Both the position numbers and the translations under genes were made by a program. From the NCBI GenBank assembly GCA_965215505.1, contig OZ244065.1, positions 4,640,001 to 4,704,000 of the forward strand: a stretch of DNA of 64,000 nt. Reading direction: 5' to 3'. Source of the stretch: Capsulimonadaceae bacterium. Its GTDB lineage: Bacteria; Armatimonadota; Armatimonadia; Armatimonadales; Capsulimonadaceae. The notes below the pieces were generated by a model that was given only the letters and a program-made list of their open reading frames with translations, was not told the origin of the DNA and made no database searches. Shown piece after piece: positions 1 through 9,906 of this stretch (positions are counted from its first letter, which is position 1; every line of letters begins with the position of its first letter).

Positions 1-334
1 TGAGCGGCCTCTGCTTGGGGGGCGGCGGCTGGTGCTTGGGCGGCGGGGGCGGCGGCTCCTTCTTCTTGGGCTTGGGCTTCTGCGGGATCGGCGGCTTGAC
101 GATCTTGATGAGCTGTGGCTTCAGGTCCGAAAGTGAGGCCGCGCCGCCGAACAGGTCGCTGTTGCCGACCCAGAGCAGCCAGCCGATGTTGATGAAGACG
201 GAGCCAACGACGGAGTACGCGAGGATGCGGTCCGCCAGCGACCTCTGCTTGGCGAGGGACCGGGTTTCGGGCGATTGTATATCGGACGCCTGAGTCTCAG
301 GCGTCCGGGGTGTGGGCGTTTGAGTTTCGTTCAT
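1..334 (-). CDS. tonB: TonB-family energy transducer, N-terminal part (runs off the window)
   Basis: Manual translation from ATG 334 gives MNETQTP...RILAYSVVGSVFINIGWLLW (TM helix), then a Pro/Lys-rich linker KPPIPQKPKPKKKEPPPPPPK. Lies directly downstream of exbB/exbD/exbD. Confidence 0.75.
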   Translation of the reverse strand, partial: MNETQTPTPRTPETQASDIQSPETRSLAKQRSLADRILAYSVVGSVFINIGWLLWVGNSDLFGGAASLSDLKPQLIKIVKPPIPQKPKPKKKEPPPPPPKHQPPPPKQRPL

Positions 335-357
335 AGAAGGGCCTACCGACGAAAAAA

Positions 358-831
358 CTAGGGTGCCGGAGTGGCGGCGGGCGGGCCATCCTGGCTGACC
401 GCTTCGGTCGCGATCATGACGCCCACGGGGTCGTCGGGGTGGCCCGGTATCTTGACCGTGTTGACGGCGTCCATGACTGTGATGATGTCCTGGGTCGGGC
501 GCTGCTTGTCCACGTTGACGATGAAGACCGTGTCGGGCTTTGCGTCCAGCCGGGTCTGCATCTGCGGCGCGAGGTCGGCCGCCGTGACCTGCGTTCGGTC
601 CAGGAAGTAGGCACCAGCGTTGTCCACGGTGATGACCACCTGGGGCGGCGGCTTCTGGTCCGGGTTGTTGCTGTCTTTGGGCAGGCTGACGTCCAGGCCA
701 TGCATCTTGACCATTGAGAGGCTTGTGAACATGAAGAAGACCAGCAGGAAGAAGATCGTGTCGATCATCGGGATGATCTCGATCCGCGCCTTCTTGAGCT
801 GTGGCTTTTGGATATTGACCCGGTTTCTCAT
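358..831 (-). CDS. exbD: Biopolymer transporter ExbD/TolR
   Basis: IEIIPMIDTIFFLLVFFM TM motif with the conserved Asp; operon context. Confidence 0.93.
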   Translation of the reverse strand: MRNRVNIQKPQLKKARIEIIPMIDTIFFLLVFFMFTSLSMVKMHGLDVSLPKDSNNPDQKPPPQVVITVDNAGAYFLDRTQVTAADLAPQMQTRLDAKPDTVFIVNVDKQRPTQDIITVMDAVNTVKIPGHPDDPVGVMIATEAVSQDGPPAATPAP

Positions 832-865
832 GGGTTACTTCAATTTACTTTCGGTCTTCTTCGGG

Positions 866-1285
866 CTAGAGGTCCGAAGCGGACTTGGGCGTCGTCGCGA
901 TCATCAGGGCGGCGGGGTTCGCGCGCTTGGCGATGTCGAGCGCGTACTGGAACTGCTCCACGCGTTCGGTCTTATCGCAGTTGATGACGATCACCACGCT
1001 CGGGTCCCGCGTCACACGGTCCTGGAGGGCGGGCAGAACGTCCTTGTAGCTGTCGATGTGGCCCCGGTCTATATAGAACTCACCTTTGTCGTCCACGGTC
1101 AGCACGACCTTGTTCAGAGGTTTGCTCTGGGCGGTCGTGCTGGTGGGCAGCGCGACCTTCTTGGCAGACATCTGGACCATGGAGAGGCTGGTGATCATGA
1201 AATAGACCAGCAGGAAGAAGATCGTGTCGATCATCGGGATGATCTCGATCCGCGCCTTCTTAAGCTCGGCTCGCTGCAACTTCAC
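866..1285 (-). CDS. exbD: Biopolymer transporter ExbD/TolR (second paralogue)
   Basis: IEIIPMIDTIFFLLVYFM motif; overlaps the end of exbB. Confidence 0.93.
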   Translation of the reverse strand: MKLQRAELKKARIEIIPMIDTIFFLLVYFMITSLSMVQMSAKKVALPTSTTAQSKPLNKVVLTVDDKGEFYIDRGHIDSYKDVLPALQDRVTRDPSVVIVINCDKTERVEQFQYALDIAKRANPAALMIATTPKSASDL

Positions 1286-1919
1286 CGCGCAGTCCCTCCT
1301 TGCCGCGCAGCCCGGCCAGGATGTTCATGAGCTGGGTGGCGCGGATCTCCATGTCGGCGATGATCTCCTTGACCTTCTCGGTCAGAAAGTTGTAGCCGAC
1401 CAGGGTGACGATGGCGATGGCAAGCCCGGTCGCGGTCGCGAGCAAAGCCTCGGCGACGCCGCCGGTGATGGCGTTCGGGTTGTTCAGGCCCGTCGAGGAG
1501 CCGACGACGTGGAACGACTTGATCATGCCCGTGACCGTGCCGAGCAGGCCGAGCAGCGGGGCGATGGTGATAATAGTGTCCAGGACACCCAGGCGGCGGT
1601 AGAGCAGCGGGGTCTCACGGAGGGCCAACTCTTCCATCGCCCGCTCAATCGAGTCCGAGTCGAGGTTGCGGTTGCGGATGCCGTTGGCGAGCAGGCCCGA
1701 GACGGGGCCGGGGTGTTCGTCGCAGACGGTCAGGGCCTCGTTCACGCGGCCCGCGACCAGGTGTTCCCGCACCTGCTCGGAAAGCACCTCGTTGTCGGCG
1801 GACGCCTTGTAGATGGCGATGAACCGCTCGATCATGACGGCGACGGAAAAGATCGCGCAGAACAACAGCGGCCACATGACGGGGCCACCGTCATGGATGA
1901 ATTTCAACGGGCTGAACAT
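1260..1919 (-). CDS. exbB: MotA/TolQ/ExbB proton channel protein
   Basis: GGPVMWPL, IAPLLGLLGTVTGMI and GVAEALLATATGLAIAI motifs; likely start ATG 1919 after an AAGGAG RBS. Confidence 0.93.
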   Translation of the reverse strand: MFSPLKFIHDGGPVMWPLLFCAIFSVAVMIERFIAIYKASADNEVLSEQVREHLVAGRVNEALTVCDEHPGPVSGLLANGIRNRNLDSDSIERAMEELALRETPLLYRRLGVLDTIITIAPLLGLLGTVTGMIKSFHVVGSSTGLNNPNAITGGVAEALLATATGLAIAIVTLVGYNFLTEKVKEIIADMEIRATQLMNILAGLRGKEGLRGEVAASRA

Positions 1920-2143
1920 GGTCTTATCTTTCGCTCCTTTACAGCTGAGAAAACGGAATGCGAAAAGACTCCCGCGCCGTGACCGGCACAACTTCGTGCG
2001 GTCCGCTGGGAGCCTTTAAATGAGAACAACGGCGTTCCTGATAACAACTGAACAATGACCGCCGAGAATCGGATTTTACGGGAGGCGGACGCCGGACGAC
2101 ACTGACGCGGCGATGCCACCTGGGAAGGCAGGCGGCAAGTCGT

Positions 2144-2173
2144 ATTATAGACCAAGCATTCCCGATTTGTCAA
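2144..2173 (-). promoter_or_regulatory. Consensus sigma70 promoter of the exbB operon
   Basis: Minus strand reads TTGACA (2173-2168), 18 nt, TATAAT (2149-2144). Confidence 0.8.
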
Positions 2174-2274
2174 CGGAACGAAACCCAGGGCCGGAAACAA
2201 TCACGAAACATGGACGCGAAATATGGCTGCGGCATCCGGCGCAGGGGCGGAACACGGCTTCGCTTCGATTCGCG

Positions 2275-4467
2275 TCAAAAGGCAGCCTGGAGGGGAGAGT
2301 TCGGGGCGGCGACCAGCGAGGCGGCGTGGGTGACGCGGTCGCGGCCCGCCGTTTTGGCCGCGTAGAGGGCGCGGTCGGCGGCCGAGACCAGGGCGTCCTC
2401 GGTGGACATGCCGGGCAGGAGCGTGGCCGCGCCGATGCTTGCCGTGACGGCGCGGGCCGGCCAGGGGGCGGCCGAGATCGTCGCCCGCAGGCGTTCGGCG
2501 AGCGTGCGCGCGCCCTCGGCGTCGGTGTGCGGCAGGATTGCGACGAACTCCTCGCCGCCGTAGCGGGCGAAGAAGTCGGTCTCGCGGCCCTTGCCGGTCA
2601 GGAGCCGCGCGAGGGTGCGGAGGACCTCGTCGCCGGCGACGTGCCCGAAGGTGTCGTTGTACTCTTTGAAGTGGTCCACGTCCAGCAGCAGCAGCGACAG
2701 GGGCGTGCCGTAGCGAACGGCCCGGTTCATCTCCAGGGCGAGGCGCTGCCCGAAGGCGCGGCGGTTGCTCAGGCCGGTCAGCCCGTCGCGCAGGGCCAGC
2801 GTCTCCAACTCGGCATTGACGGCCACCAGCTCGCGCTTCTGGGCCTCCAGGACGGCGGCGTGTTCGCGGATCTGGATCATCTGCTCGGCGATCAGGTCCT
2901 CCTGACGCCGCCGTCCGCTGATGTCCGCGAAGGTCGCCACCGCCCCGTGGGGCGTGTCCTCGCCGGGCCGGAAGAGGGGCGTGGAGTTGATGGAGACCCA
3001 CAGCAGGCCGCCGCCCACGCGCGGCAGGCCCGCGACGATGTCGCGCTGCGGCCGGCCCTGGCGCAGCGAAACGACGAGCGGGTAGCTGCCCTGCGGGAAC
3101 GGCGTCCCGTCCTCGCGGTGCGCGACGTATTCCGGGTTGAGCGGGCGCCACGCCTCGATCTGGCTCTGCGTCACGCCCAGGATGCGCTCGGCACTCCCGT
3201 TGCAGACGCGGACCACGCCGTCCGCGTCCATCAGCAGCAGGCCCTCGGACATGGACTCGATGGCGGTGCGGAACCGGGCCTCGCTGGCCTGCACCGCCTC
3301 CTCGGCCTGCGTGCGGGCGATCTCTCCGCCGATCCACTGCGCCATCAGCCGGACCAGCTCGCGGTCACCACTGGTGAACATCCCCGACCGGGGCCGCCCG
3401 CACGCGAAGCAGAGAGTCCCCCAGACCGCGCCGTCCACGCGGATCGGGGTGCCGAGGTAGCCCCCCGTGTGGGGGCCGCCGGCCCGCTCCACCGCCTGGG
3501 CGCAGTAAGCCTCACAGGCCTCGAACGTCACGCCGCACGGGACGATGTCCTCTGGGGACCGCGCCTGCACTACCCGGCAGCGGTCCGTCTCGGCGCGCGC
3601 CAGGATGCCGATCTCCAGGCCGAACTGCGCGCACCCCATCTCCAGCAGAGCCGCCGTCTTTTCCTCGAACGACAGGTCCTGCTGCGAAGTCGTGTTATAA
3701 AGCGCGTGCAGACGCTCCTCGCTCTCGCGCCGGGCGTCCTCCGCTTCCCGCTGCGCGCTGACGTCCACGTCCGCCTCCAGCACCCCGGAGACCGCGCCGT
3801 CCGGCCCTCGCAGCGGGAAAAGGCTGGAGTGGACATGCACCGGCGCCCCGCCCGCGCGGTGGTGAGTCCATTCCACCCCCGCGCGCGCCTCGCCGCCCCG
3901 CGCGGCCTCCATCGCCTCGGCCAATTCGGGCACCCCTTCCGGGCCGCCCAGTGCTTGCACGACTCTTTCCCCCAGCGGGTTTTCCAGCCCGTGCAGCCGC
4001 GCCCAGGCGCGGTTCCACTCCATGACGCGGCCCTCGCGGTCGCAGGAGACGCAGGCCACGGGCAGGCCCTGGAAAAGCTCCTGGAAGCGGCCTGAAGCCT
4101 CGGCCAGCAGGGCGTTCATCTGGGAAAGGCTCCGCGCCCCCTCCTCCACCTCCTGCTGCTGTGCCGCCCGCTCGCCGTCCGCCCGCGCGCGCCGCGCGGC
4201 CTCCTCCCGCAGCGCCCGGTTGGTGGCCTCGGCCCGGCGCGAAGCCCAGGCCATGCGGGCGGCCCAAGCCAGGGCCAGCGCGAGCAGGACGCCCAGACCG
4301 AGCGCGACGGCCCACGACGCGCCGCGCCCGGCCGGTGCGGCCCCCGGTGCGGCCAGCGCGGGGCCGGCCTGTGTCAGTAGGGCACCCGCCGACAGGGGCA
4401 GCATGCGGCGCCAGGAGAGCCGCCCAGGACGGAGTGGGGCATGATAGGGGAAAGGTCGTGGCATCAT
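2275..4467 (-). CDS. Membrane-anchored diguanylate cyclase (PAS-GAF-PAS-GGDEF)
   Basis: C-terminal DGLTGLSNRR, LLLLDVDHFK and RYGGEEF with an RETD I-site; two PAS-like segments and one GAF-like segment; N-terminal hydrophobic segments. Confidence 0.92.
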   Translation of the reverse strand: MMPRPFPYHAPLRPGRLSWRRMLPLSAGALLTQAGPALAAPGAAPAGRGASWAVALGLGVLLALALAWAARMAWASRRAEATNRALREEAARRARADGERAAQQQEVEEGARSLSQMNALLAEASGRFQELFQGLPVACVSCDREGRVMEWNRAWARLHGLENPLGERVVQALGGPEGVPELAEAMEAARGGEARAGVEWTHHRAGGAPVHVHSSLFPLRGPDGAVSGVLEADVDVSAQREAEDARRESEERLHALYNTTSQQDLSFEEKTAALLEMGCAQFGLEIGILARAETDRCRVVQARSPEDIVPCGVTFEACEAYCAQAVERAGGPHTGGYLGTPIRVDGAVWGTLCFACGRPRSGMFTSGDRELVRLMAQWIGGEIARTQAEEAVQASEARFRTAIESMSEGLLLMDADGVVRVCNGSAERILGVTQSQIEAWRPLNPEYVAHREDGTPFPQGSYPLVVSLRQGRPQRDIVAGLPRVGGGLLWVSINSTPLFRPGEDTPHGAVATFADISGRRRQEDLIAEQMIQIREHAAVLEAQKRELVAVNAELETLALRDGLTGLSNRRAFGQRLALEMNRAVRYGTPLSLLLLDVDHFKEYNDTFGHVAGDEVLRTLARLLTGKGRETDFFARYGGEEFVAILPHTDAEGARTLAERLRATISAAPWPARAVTASIGAATLLPGMSTEDALVSAADRALYAAKTAGRDRVTHAASLVAAPNSPLQAAF

Positions 4468-4547
4468 TTGGGCTACAGTCTGCTCTCAATATCGGGCACG
4501 CCCCGGCAAATCTCTAGGGCCGCGAATCCTAGGCCGCCGCCCGCCCG

Positions 4548-4573
4548 GTTTAGCTTCGCGTGCCCGGCGGTAA
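4548..4573 (+). promoter_or_regulatory. Putative SigB/SigF-like promoter (GTTT-N16-CGGTAA)
   Basis: About 40 nt upstream of the cupin start; the same motif occurs before dps and the ADH operon. Confidence 0.5.
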
Positions 4574-4611
4574 AGGACCACCACGCAATGGACACCGTGA
4601 AGGACACAATA

Positions 4612-4956
4612 ATGAGTGACACGACAGTGACAAAAGTAGATTCGGCCCACTCGCCGCGCGGCGAGATGGGGCAGAAGTACCTCGCCTCGGGCAAGAGCGT
4701 CGCCATGCGGCTGTGGGAGGAGACGCCGGTCGGGGACCCCAAGCCGATGACCGCGCGGGACTATGAGACGGTCGGCTACGTCATCGCAGGCCGCGCGGAG
4801 CTTCATCTGGAGGAAAGCCAGATGGTCGTTCTGGCCCCCGGCGATTCGTGGGTCGTGCCGCACGGTGCCTCGCACACCTACAAGATACTGGAGCCGTTCA
4901 GCGCCGTCGAGGCTACGCACCCGCCCGCGCAGGTGCATGGACGTGACGAGGGCTGA
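4612..4956 (+). CDS. Cupin domain protein
   Basis: ETVGYVIAGRAEL...LAPGDSWVVPHGASHTY cupin motifs; start MSDTT after an AAGGA RBS. Confidence 0.88.
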   Translation: MSDTTVTKVDSAHSPRGEMGQKYLASGKSVAMRLWEETPVGDPKPMTARDYETVGYVIAGRAELHLEESQMVVLAPGDSWVVPHGASHTYKILEPFSAVEATHPPAQVHGRDEG

Positions 4957-4999
4957 AGCCCCTGTAAAAAGCTGAAGCCCTGTAGAAAGCAGCCAAGTC

Positions 5000-6337
5000 A
5001 TGCCGGGAGACTTCCTGGAGATCCTGAAAAGCCGTGGCGACGACGGTGGGAACGCGGGCGACGAGTTCGGCGGGGCGGCCTCGGGTTCGGGCGGCGGCCT
5101 GCCGACCGCGCTGCCAAACAATTTCTGGTTCGCAACCGGAATCGAGTGTTCCTACCCGACGATTGACGCCGGGAAGACGCGGCGGGACCTGCTGGCGGAG
5201 TGCGGCCACTACGAGAAGTGGCGTGAGGACCTGCATCTGGTCAAAGATTTAGGCCTGCGCTTCCTGCGCTACGGCCTGCCCTACCACAAAATTCACCTGG
5301 GACCGGGGCGCTATGACTGGGAGTTCGCCGACCTCGCGATGGCGGAGATGCATCGGCTGGGGATCGCGCCCATCCTGGACCTGCTGCACTTCGGCGTCCC
5401 GGACTGGCTGGGCGACTTCCAGAATCCGGAGCTGCCGGGCCACTTCGCCGATTACGCCGACGCCGTCTGCGCGCGCTACCCTTGGGTGCGCTTCTACACC
5501 CCCGTCAACGAGATCTACGTCACGGCCAAGGCCAGCGCCAAGCAGGGGATCTGGAACGAGCAGCTCAGGACCGACTCCGGCTTCATCACCGCCCTCAAGC
5601 ACCTGTGCGCGGCCTCCATCCTCGCGGGCCAGCGCATCGCCCGCCGCCGGCCCGACGTCATCATCGTGCAGAGCGAGTCGGCGGAATATATCCACCAGAT
5701 GAAGGCCGTCCCGGACCAGGAGGTCACGCTGAAGAACGACCTGCGTTTCCTGTCGCTGGACCTGCTGTACGCCGTCCGCCCCAACGCCGATGTCGGGCTG
5801 TACATGATGGACAACGGGCTGACGCGGGCGCAGTACGAGTGGTTCATGGCCGGCAAGCCGCCCGGCTATCAGGTCATGGGGAATGATTATTACGGGCGCA
5901 ATGAACACCTGCTGCTGCCGGACGGCAGGATGCTGGAGGCCGAGGACGTCATGGGCTGGTACGGGCTGACTCTGCTCTACTACCAGCGCTATTTCAAGCC
6001 CATCATGCACACCGAGACCAACGTCATGGACGCCGAGGCCGCCCCGACGTGGCTCTGGAAGCAGTTCCGCAACCTCCTGCGGATGCGCGGGGCCGGCATC
6101 CCCGTGCTGGGCTTCACCTGGTACAGCCTGATTGACCAGATGGACTGGGACATCGAGCTTGCCGAGAAGAAGGGCACGGTGAACCCCTGCGGCCTGTACG
6201 ACCTGGACCGCCGCCCGCGCCCCGTGGCGGGCGCGTACCGGCAGTTGTTAGAAGAGTTCGGCCAGATGGCCCTCGTGCCGCACGCCGAGCTGCTGGCCGT
6301 CAACGACGCCCCGGCCCGGCTCAAGACGGACGTCTGA
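5000..6337 (+). CDS. Glycoside hydrolase family 1-like protein
   Basis: FATGIECS, HYEKWREDL, TPVNEI (acid/base), HTETN (nucleophile), GFTWYSLIDQMDW. Confidence 0.85.
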   Translation: MPGDFLEILKSRGDDGGNAGDEFGGAASGSGGGLPTALPNNFWFATGIECSYPTIDAGKTRRDLLAECGHYEKWREDLHLVKDLGLRFLRYGLPYHKIHLGPGRYDWEFADLAMAEMHRLGIAPILDLLHFGVPDWLGDFQNPELPGHFADYADAVCARYPWVRFYTPVNEIYVTAKASAKQGIWNEQLRTDSGFITALKHLCAASILAGQRIARRRPDVIIVQSESAEYIHQMKAVPDQEVTLKNDLRFLSLDLLYAVRPNADVGLYMMDNGLTRAQYEWFMAGKPPGYQVMGNDYYGRNEHLLLPDGRMLEAEDVMGWYGLTLLYYQRYFKPIMHTETNVMDAEAAPTWLWKQFRNLLRMRGAGIPVLGFTWYSLIDQMDWDIELAEKKGTVNPCGLYDLDRRPRPVAGAYRQLLEEFGQMALVPHAELLAVNDAPARLKTDV

Positions 6338-6373
6338 ATGACGCGATGGAACATGCAAGAGAAAGAGAACGAA

Positions 6374-7678
6374 ATGTCGGAAGAGACTCAAAATGACGAC
6401 CAAGTTTCGCGCCGCGCCTTCCTGAGAACGGCGGGGACGGGCCTTGTCGCCGCCGGCCTGCTCGGCGGGGCGGGGGCGAAGGCGATGGCCCAGGCACCCC
6501 CGGTGACGCCGCCCAATACGCCCGAAACTCGGCCCATCCCCCTGCCGCCCACCAGCGCCGCCACTGAGAGGCCGCCGGACCCGGCCCCGACGCCCCTGCC
6601 GCCCGGCCGGCGGCTCGGCGTCGCCGTGGTCGGCCTCGGGAATCTCGCCTTGGCCCAGATCATCCCCGCCTTCGGCGAAACCAAATACTGCAAGTTGACC
6701 GCCCTGGTCAGCGGAACGCCGGACAAGGCGGCCGAGGTCGCCGCCCAGCACGGCATTCCCGCCCGCAGCGTCTACTCGTATGCCAGTTATGACACAATCC
6801 GGGACAACCCGGATGTGGACATCATCTACATCGTCCTGCCAAACTCGATGCACGCCGAGTACACCGTGCGCGGCGCGCGGGCCGGCAAGCACATCCTCTG
6901 CGAGAAGCCGATGGCGACCTCCTCGGCGGAATGCAGGCAGATGATCGAGGCCTGCCGCACGGCGGGCAAAAAGCTGATGATCGCCTACCGAATCCAGTAC
7001 GAGCCGAACAACCGCCTGATGCGGCAGATGGTCCAAGCGCAGCAGTACGGCCCGGTCAAGGTGATTGAGGCCGTCAACGGGCAGAACCAGGGCGACCCGG
7101 ACCAGTGGCGTCAGAAGAAGGCCCTGGCCGGGGGCGGCGCGCTGCCGGATGTGGGCCTGTACTGCCTGAACACGACCCGGTTCCTGACCGGCGAGGAGCC
7201 GACCGAGGTGATCGCGACTACCTACAGCACGCCGGGCGACCCGCGCTTCAAGGAGGTCGAGGAGACAGTCACCTGGCAGATGCGCTTCCCCAGCGGCATC
7301 CAGTCCAACAACGTCACTTCCTACGGCTTCCACGAGGACCGCCGCTACCGCGTACACGCCGCGACCGGCTGGTTCGGCCTGGACCCGGCCTTTTCCTATA
7401 GCGGCCTGCGGCCCGAGCTGTCCTACACCCAGGGCAAGATCGAACACTGCGAGACGCCCCTCTTGGGCCAGAAGAACCAGTTCGCGCTGGAGATGGACCA
7501 CATGGCCCAGTGCGTTATGCAGGACAAAACGCCGTGGACGCCCGGCGAGGAGGGTTTGCAGGACCAGCGCATCATGGAGGCCATCTACGAGTCCGCCCGC
7601 ACCGGCAAGCCGGTGAGCCTGCCGCATATGGTCAAGCCGGATTACTTCCGTGGGTCGGAGCCGGCCAGCGAGGGGTAG
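6374..7678 (+). CDS. Glucose-fructose oxidoreductase-like Gfo/Idh/MocA protein with Tat signal
   Basis: SRRAFLR twin-arginine signal; VVGLG, HILCEKPMA, GGGALPDVGLY. Start uncertain (6338, 6353 or 6374). Confidence 0.9.
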   Translation: MSEETQNDDQVSRRAFLRTAGTGLVAAGLLGGAGAKAMAQAPPVTPPNTPETRPIPLPPTSAATERPPDPAPTPLPPGRRLGVAVVGLGNLALAQIIPAFGETKYCKLTALVSGTPDKAAEVAAQHGIPARSVYSYASYDTIRDNPDVDIIYIVLPNSMHAEYTVRGARAGKHILCEKPMATSSAECRQMIEACRTAGKKLMIAYRIQYEPNNRLMRQMVQAQQYGPVKVIEAVNGQNQGDPDQWRQKKALAGGGALPDVGLYCLNTTRFLTGEEPTEVIATTYSTPGDPRFKEVEETVTWQMRFPSGIQSNNVTSYGFHEDRRYRVHAATGWFGLDPAFSYSGLRPELSYTQGKIEHCETPLLGQKNQFALEMDHMAQCVMQDKTPWTPGEEGLQDQRIMEAIYESARTGKPVSLPHMVKPDYFRGSEPASEG

Positions 7679-7715
7679 GCGGAGGGAAGAGGGAGGGCGG
7701 ACGGGACAGAAGGAA

Positions 7716-7890
7716 GGGCGAACACAAGGTTCGCGCCCTACGTTCATGTATCGGGCTGCCTTCCCCGTAGGGGCGAACCTTGTGTTCGCCCTTCTGCCCT
7801 CCGTCCGCCCTTCCGCCCTCCGTCCGCCCTTCCGCCCTCCGTCCGCCTTTCTGCCCTCCGTCCGCCCTTCCTTCTGTCCCGTCCGCCCTC
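7716..7890. repeat. GTAG-family REP doublet (REPIN) plus a CCGTCCGCCCTT tandem array
   Basis: Inverted copies of GTAGGGGCGAACCTTGTGTTCGCCC at 7716-7741 (-) and 7767-7791 (+), followed by several CCGTCCGCCCT(T) units; between convergent genes. Confidence 0.8.
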
Positions 7891-7891
7891 T

Positions 7892-8221
7892 TCAGCCGCC
7901 CGCCGACAGCCTCGGTAGATCCCCTACAGCGCACAACAGCCGGGGCTTGTCCGGGTCGCTCAGGTCCAGCTTGTCCCACGGCACACGGTGGCCCAGATCT
8001 TTGTCGGCCCCGAGCAGGCGGAACAGCGGGGCGGCGATGTGGAAGGCCGACAGGCGCGACAGCAGGGCAGTCGGCCCGATGTGGAACTCGGTGATGACCC
8101 ACTCGTCCCCCCGACGTTCCGCCTGCATCTCGTGGATGTGCCCGGCGTTTTTGCCGTCCTGTCCCAGCACCCTGCGGCCCAGCAGCAGCTCCAGGTTGAC
8201 CTCCGTCACGGCTTGCGTCAC
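7892..8221 (-). CDS. PRC-barrel-like hypothetical protein
   Basis: LELLLGRRVLGQDGKNAGHIHE...HRVPWDKL; GTG start overlaps the upstream stop (GTGA). Confidence 0.65.
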   Translation of the reverse strand: MTQAVTEVNLELLLGRRVLGQDGKNAGHIHEMQAERRGDEWVITEFHIGPTALLSRLSAFHIAAPLFRLLGADKDLGHRVPWDKLDLSDPDKPRLLCAVGDLPRLSAGG

Positions 8222-8598
8222 GGCTTGACTCCCGAGCCGGGGATGCGCCCGATGACGTGTCGGCGCAGCCACAGCTCCCAGTCCATCATCGGCGTCGCAT
8301 CCGCCTCGGCCCGCACCTGGACCGTGATGCCGACCTCCTCCACGTCCGCCCAGGCCACGCGGTACGGCCCGCTCGGGCGGACGCCGCGACGGTGACGCCA
8401 CGCGGTCAGCCGGTCGCCCAGGCGGCGCGAGAGGCGGCGGGCCAGGACGGGCGCACCCATCTCGACGAACGCCAGGCGCGGCGGCTGCCCCTCGCGGAGT
8501 TCCGCCGCCAGCCCGTCCACCTTTCCCATCTTGCTGCCCCAGCGGTCCACGACTTGGTTGTCCAGGACTTCGCGCACCAGCGCGAGTTTATTTTCCAC
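8218..8598 (-). CDS. PRC-barrel-like hypothetical protein
   Basis: VLDNQVVDRWGSKMGKVDGL...YRVAWADV; GAGG RBS; downstream of the Nramp gene. Confidence 0.7.
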   Translation of the reverse strand: MENKLALVREVLDNQVVDRWGSKMGKVDGLAAELREGQPPRLAFVEMGAPVLARRLSRRLGDRLTAWRHRRGVRPSGPYRVAWADVEEVGITVQVRAEADATPMMDWELWLRRHVIGRIPGSGVKP

Positions 8599-8609
8599 CT
8601 TATTCCTCC

Positions 8610-9827
8610 TCAGCCCCCTCCGAGTATTTGCAGCGGGATCGCGACCATCGCCAGGATGCAGGCCAGAACCAATGTCAGGAGCAGGACCGTGTTGCTTATC
8701 CAGCCGTTGCGGTGCTTGCCAACGTACTGCGGGTCGTTCATCAGCAGCAGGAACGGCCCGATGACGACCGGCAGAAGCAGCGTGGTCAGGGCCAGCGTGT
8801 AGATCGTGAGCTGCAAGGGGTCAATGCCCGTGGTCATCATCAGCCCGGCGAACAGCAGGTACAGCGTGTAGACCAGGCTGAACCGGGCATTCTCGCGCGG
8901 TGGTGCGCTGACACCCCAGCGCCAGCCGAACGCCTGCGCGACGGTGTAGGAAACCTCAGAGCTGACCTCCAAAGCCGCACCGAAGCAGGCGACGCCCAAG
9001 GCTGCCGCGAAGGCGGGGACGCCCCAGCGGCCAAGAACCGGGGTCAGCATCGCCGCCGCCTGCGGGTAGTGGTCCACTTTAACGTGCTGGGGGTTCAGGA
9101 CTAGCGCGGCGACGACCAGCACACCCACCGAGATAACACTGCCGAACCCCATGCCCAGGGTCGCCGTCACTCTGTTCGAGCCGATGTAGCTCTCGTCCCA
9201 TTGCTCCTCCACCGCGCCCGAAGAGTAGAAGTAGAGCAAGTAGGGGCTGATGATCGCGCCGACGATGCCGACGACGATGAACAAATAGTGATACGGCTTC
9301 TCGTGGGGGAGAGTGGGCAGCAGGCAGCGCCCGACCTCGCCCCAATGCGGGTGCAGGTGCAGGGCGGCGTAGACGAAGACCAGTGTCACCAGGCCCAGCA
9401 GGGACACGCCGTTCTCGATCAGGCCGAAGGTCCCCTTCCAGAGCAGCAGCCAGACGCAGAAGGCGACCGGCATGGCCCAGACGGCGGCCCTGATCCCGGT
9501 CACGAGTTGGAGGGCGATGCTGACGCCGCCGATCTCGGCGGCCAGCGTCAGGAAGTCCACGATCAGCTCGGCGGCCAGCGGCCAGACGTAGAACCGGAAG
9601 CCCAGCTTGGCGCGCATGGCGTCCACGATGGTGTGTCGGCTGACGGCGGCCAGTCGGCCCGCCATCTCCACCAGGAAGATCACGCAGAGGGTTCCCAGTG
9701 CCACCGCCCAAAGCAGCCGGAAACGGTACTCGGCCCCGGCCTGCGCCGAGGTCGCGATGGCCCCGACATCCAGGAAGCCGCCGATGCTGGTCAATACCCC
9801 CAGCGTGATTTGCAGAAGCCGTTTCAT
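8610..9827 (-). CDS. NRAMP-family divalent metal transporter
   Basis: IGGFLDVGAIAT..QAGA.Y.F.LLW, EMAGRL, GAIISPY; ~11 TM segments; start MKRLL at 9827. Confidence 0.88.
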   Translation of the reverse strand: MKRLLQITLGVLTSIGGFLDVGAIATSAQAGAEYRFRLLWAVALGTLCVIFLVEMAGRLAAVSRHTIVDAMRAKLGFRFYVWPLAAELIVDFLTLAAEIGGVSIALQLVTGIRAAVWAMPVAFCVWLLLWKGTFGLIENGVSLLGLVTLVFVYAALHLHPHWGEVGRCLLPTLPHEKPYHYLFIVVGIVGAIISPYLLYFYSSGAVEEQWDESYIGSNRVTATLGMGFGSVISVGVLVVAALVLNPQHVKVDHYPQAAAMLTPVLGRWGVPAFAAALGVACFGAALEVSSEVSYTVAQAFGWRWGVSAPPRENARFSLVYTLYLLFAGLMMTTGIDPLQLTIYTLALTTLLLPVVIGPFLLLMNDPQYVGKHRNGWISNTVLLLTLVLACILAMVAIPLQILGGG

Positions 9828-9906
9828 AGAAGGAGTGCAGACGACAAGCGGCGGCTGAGAGCCTTTGGCCCTCAGCCGCCGTAGGGATCGGCGCGTACAG
9901 TCACGT

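Noticed and set aside
1930-2140. Cobalamin, TPP or c-di-GMP riboswitch upstream of the TonB operon
   Set aside because: I could not find the conserved aptamer motifs by eye; kept only as an unknown leader.
2113-4095. 660-aa plus-strand ORF
   Set aside because: Antisense shadow of the diguanylate cyclase in high-GC DNA; no motifs.
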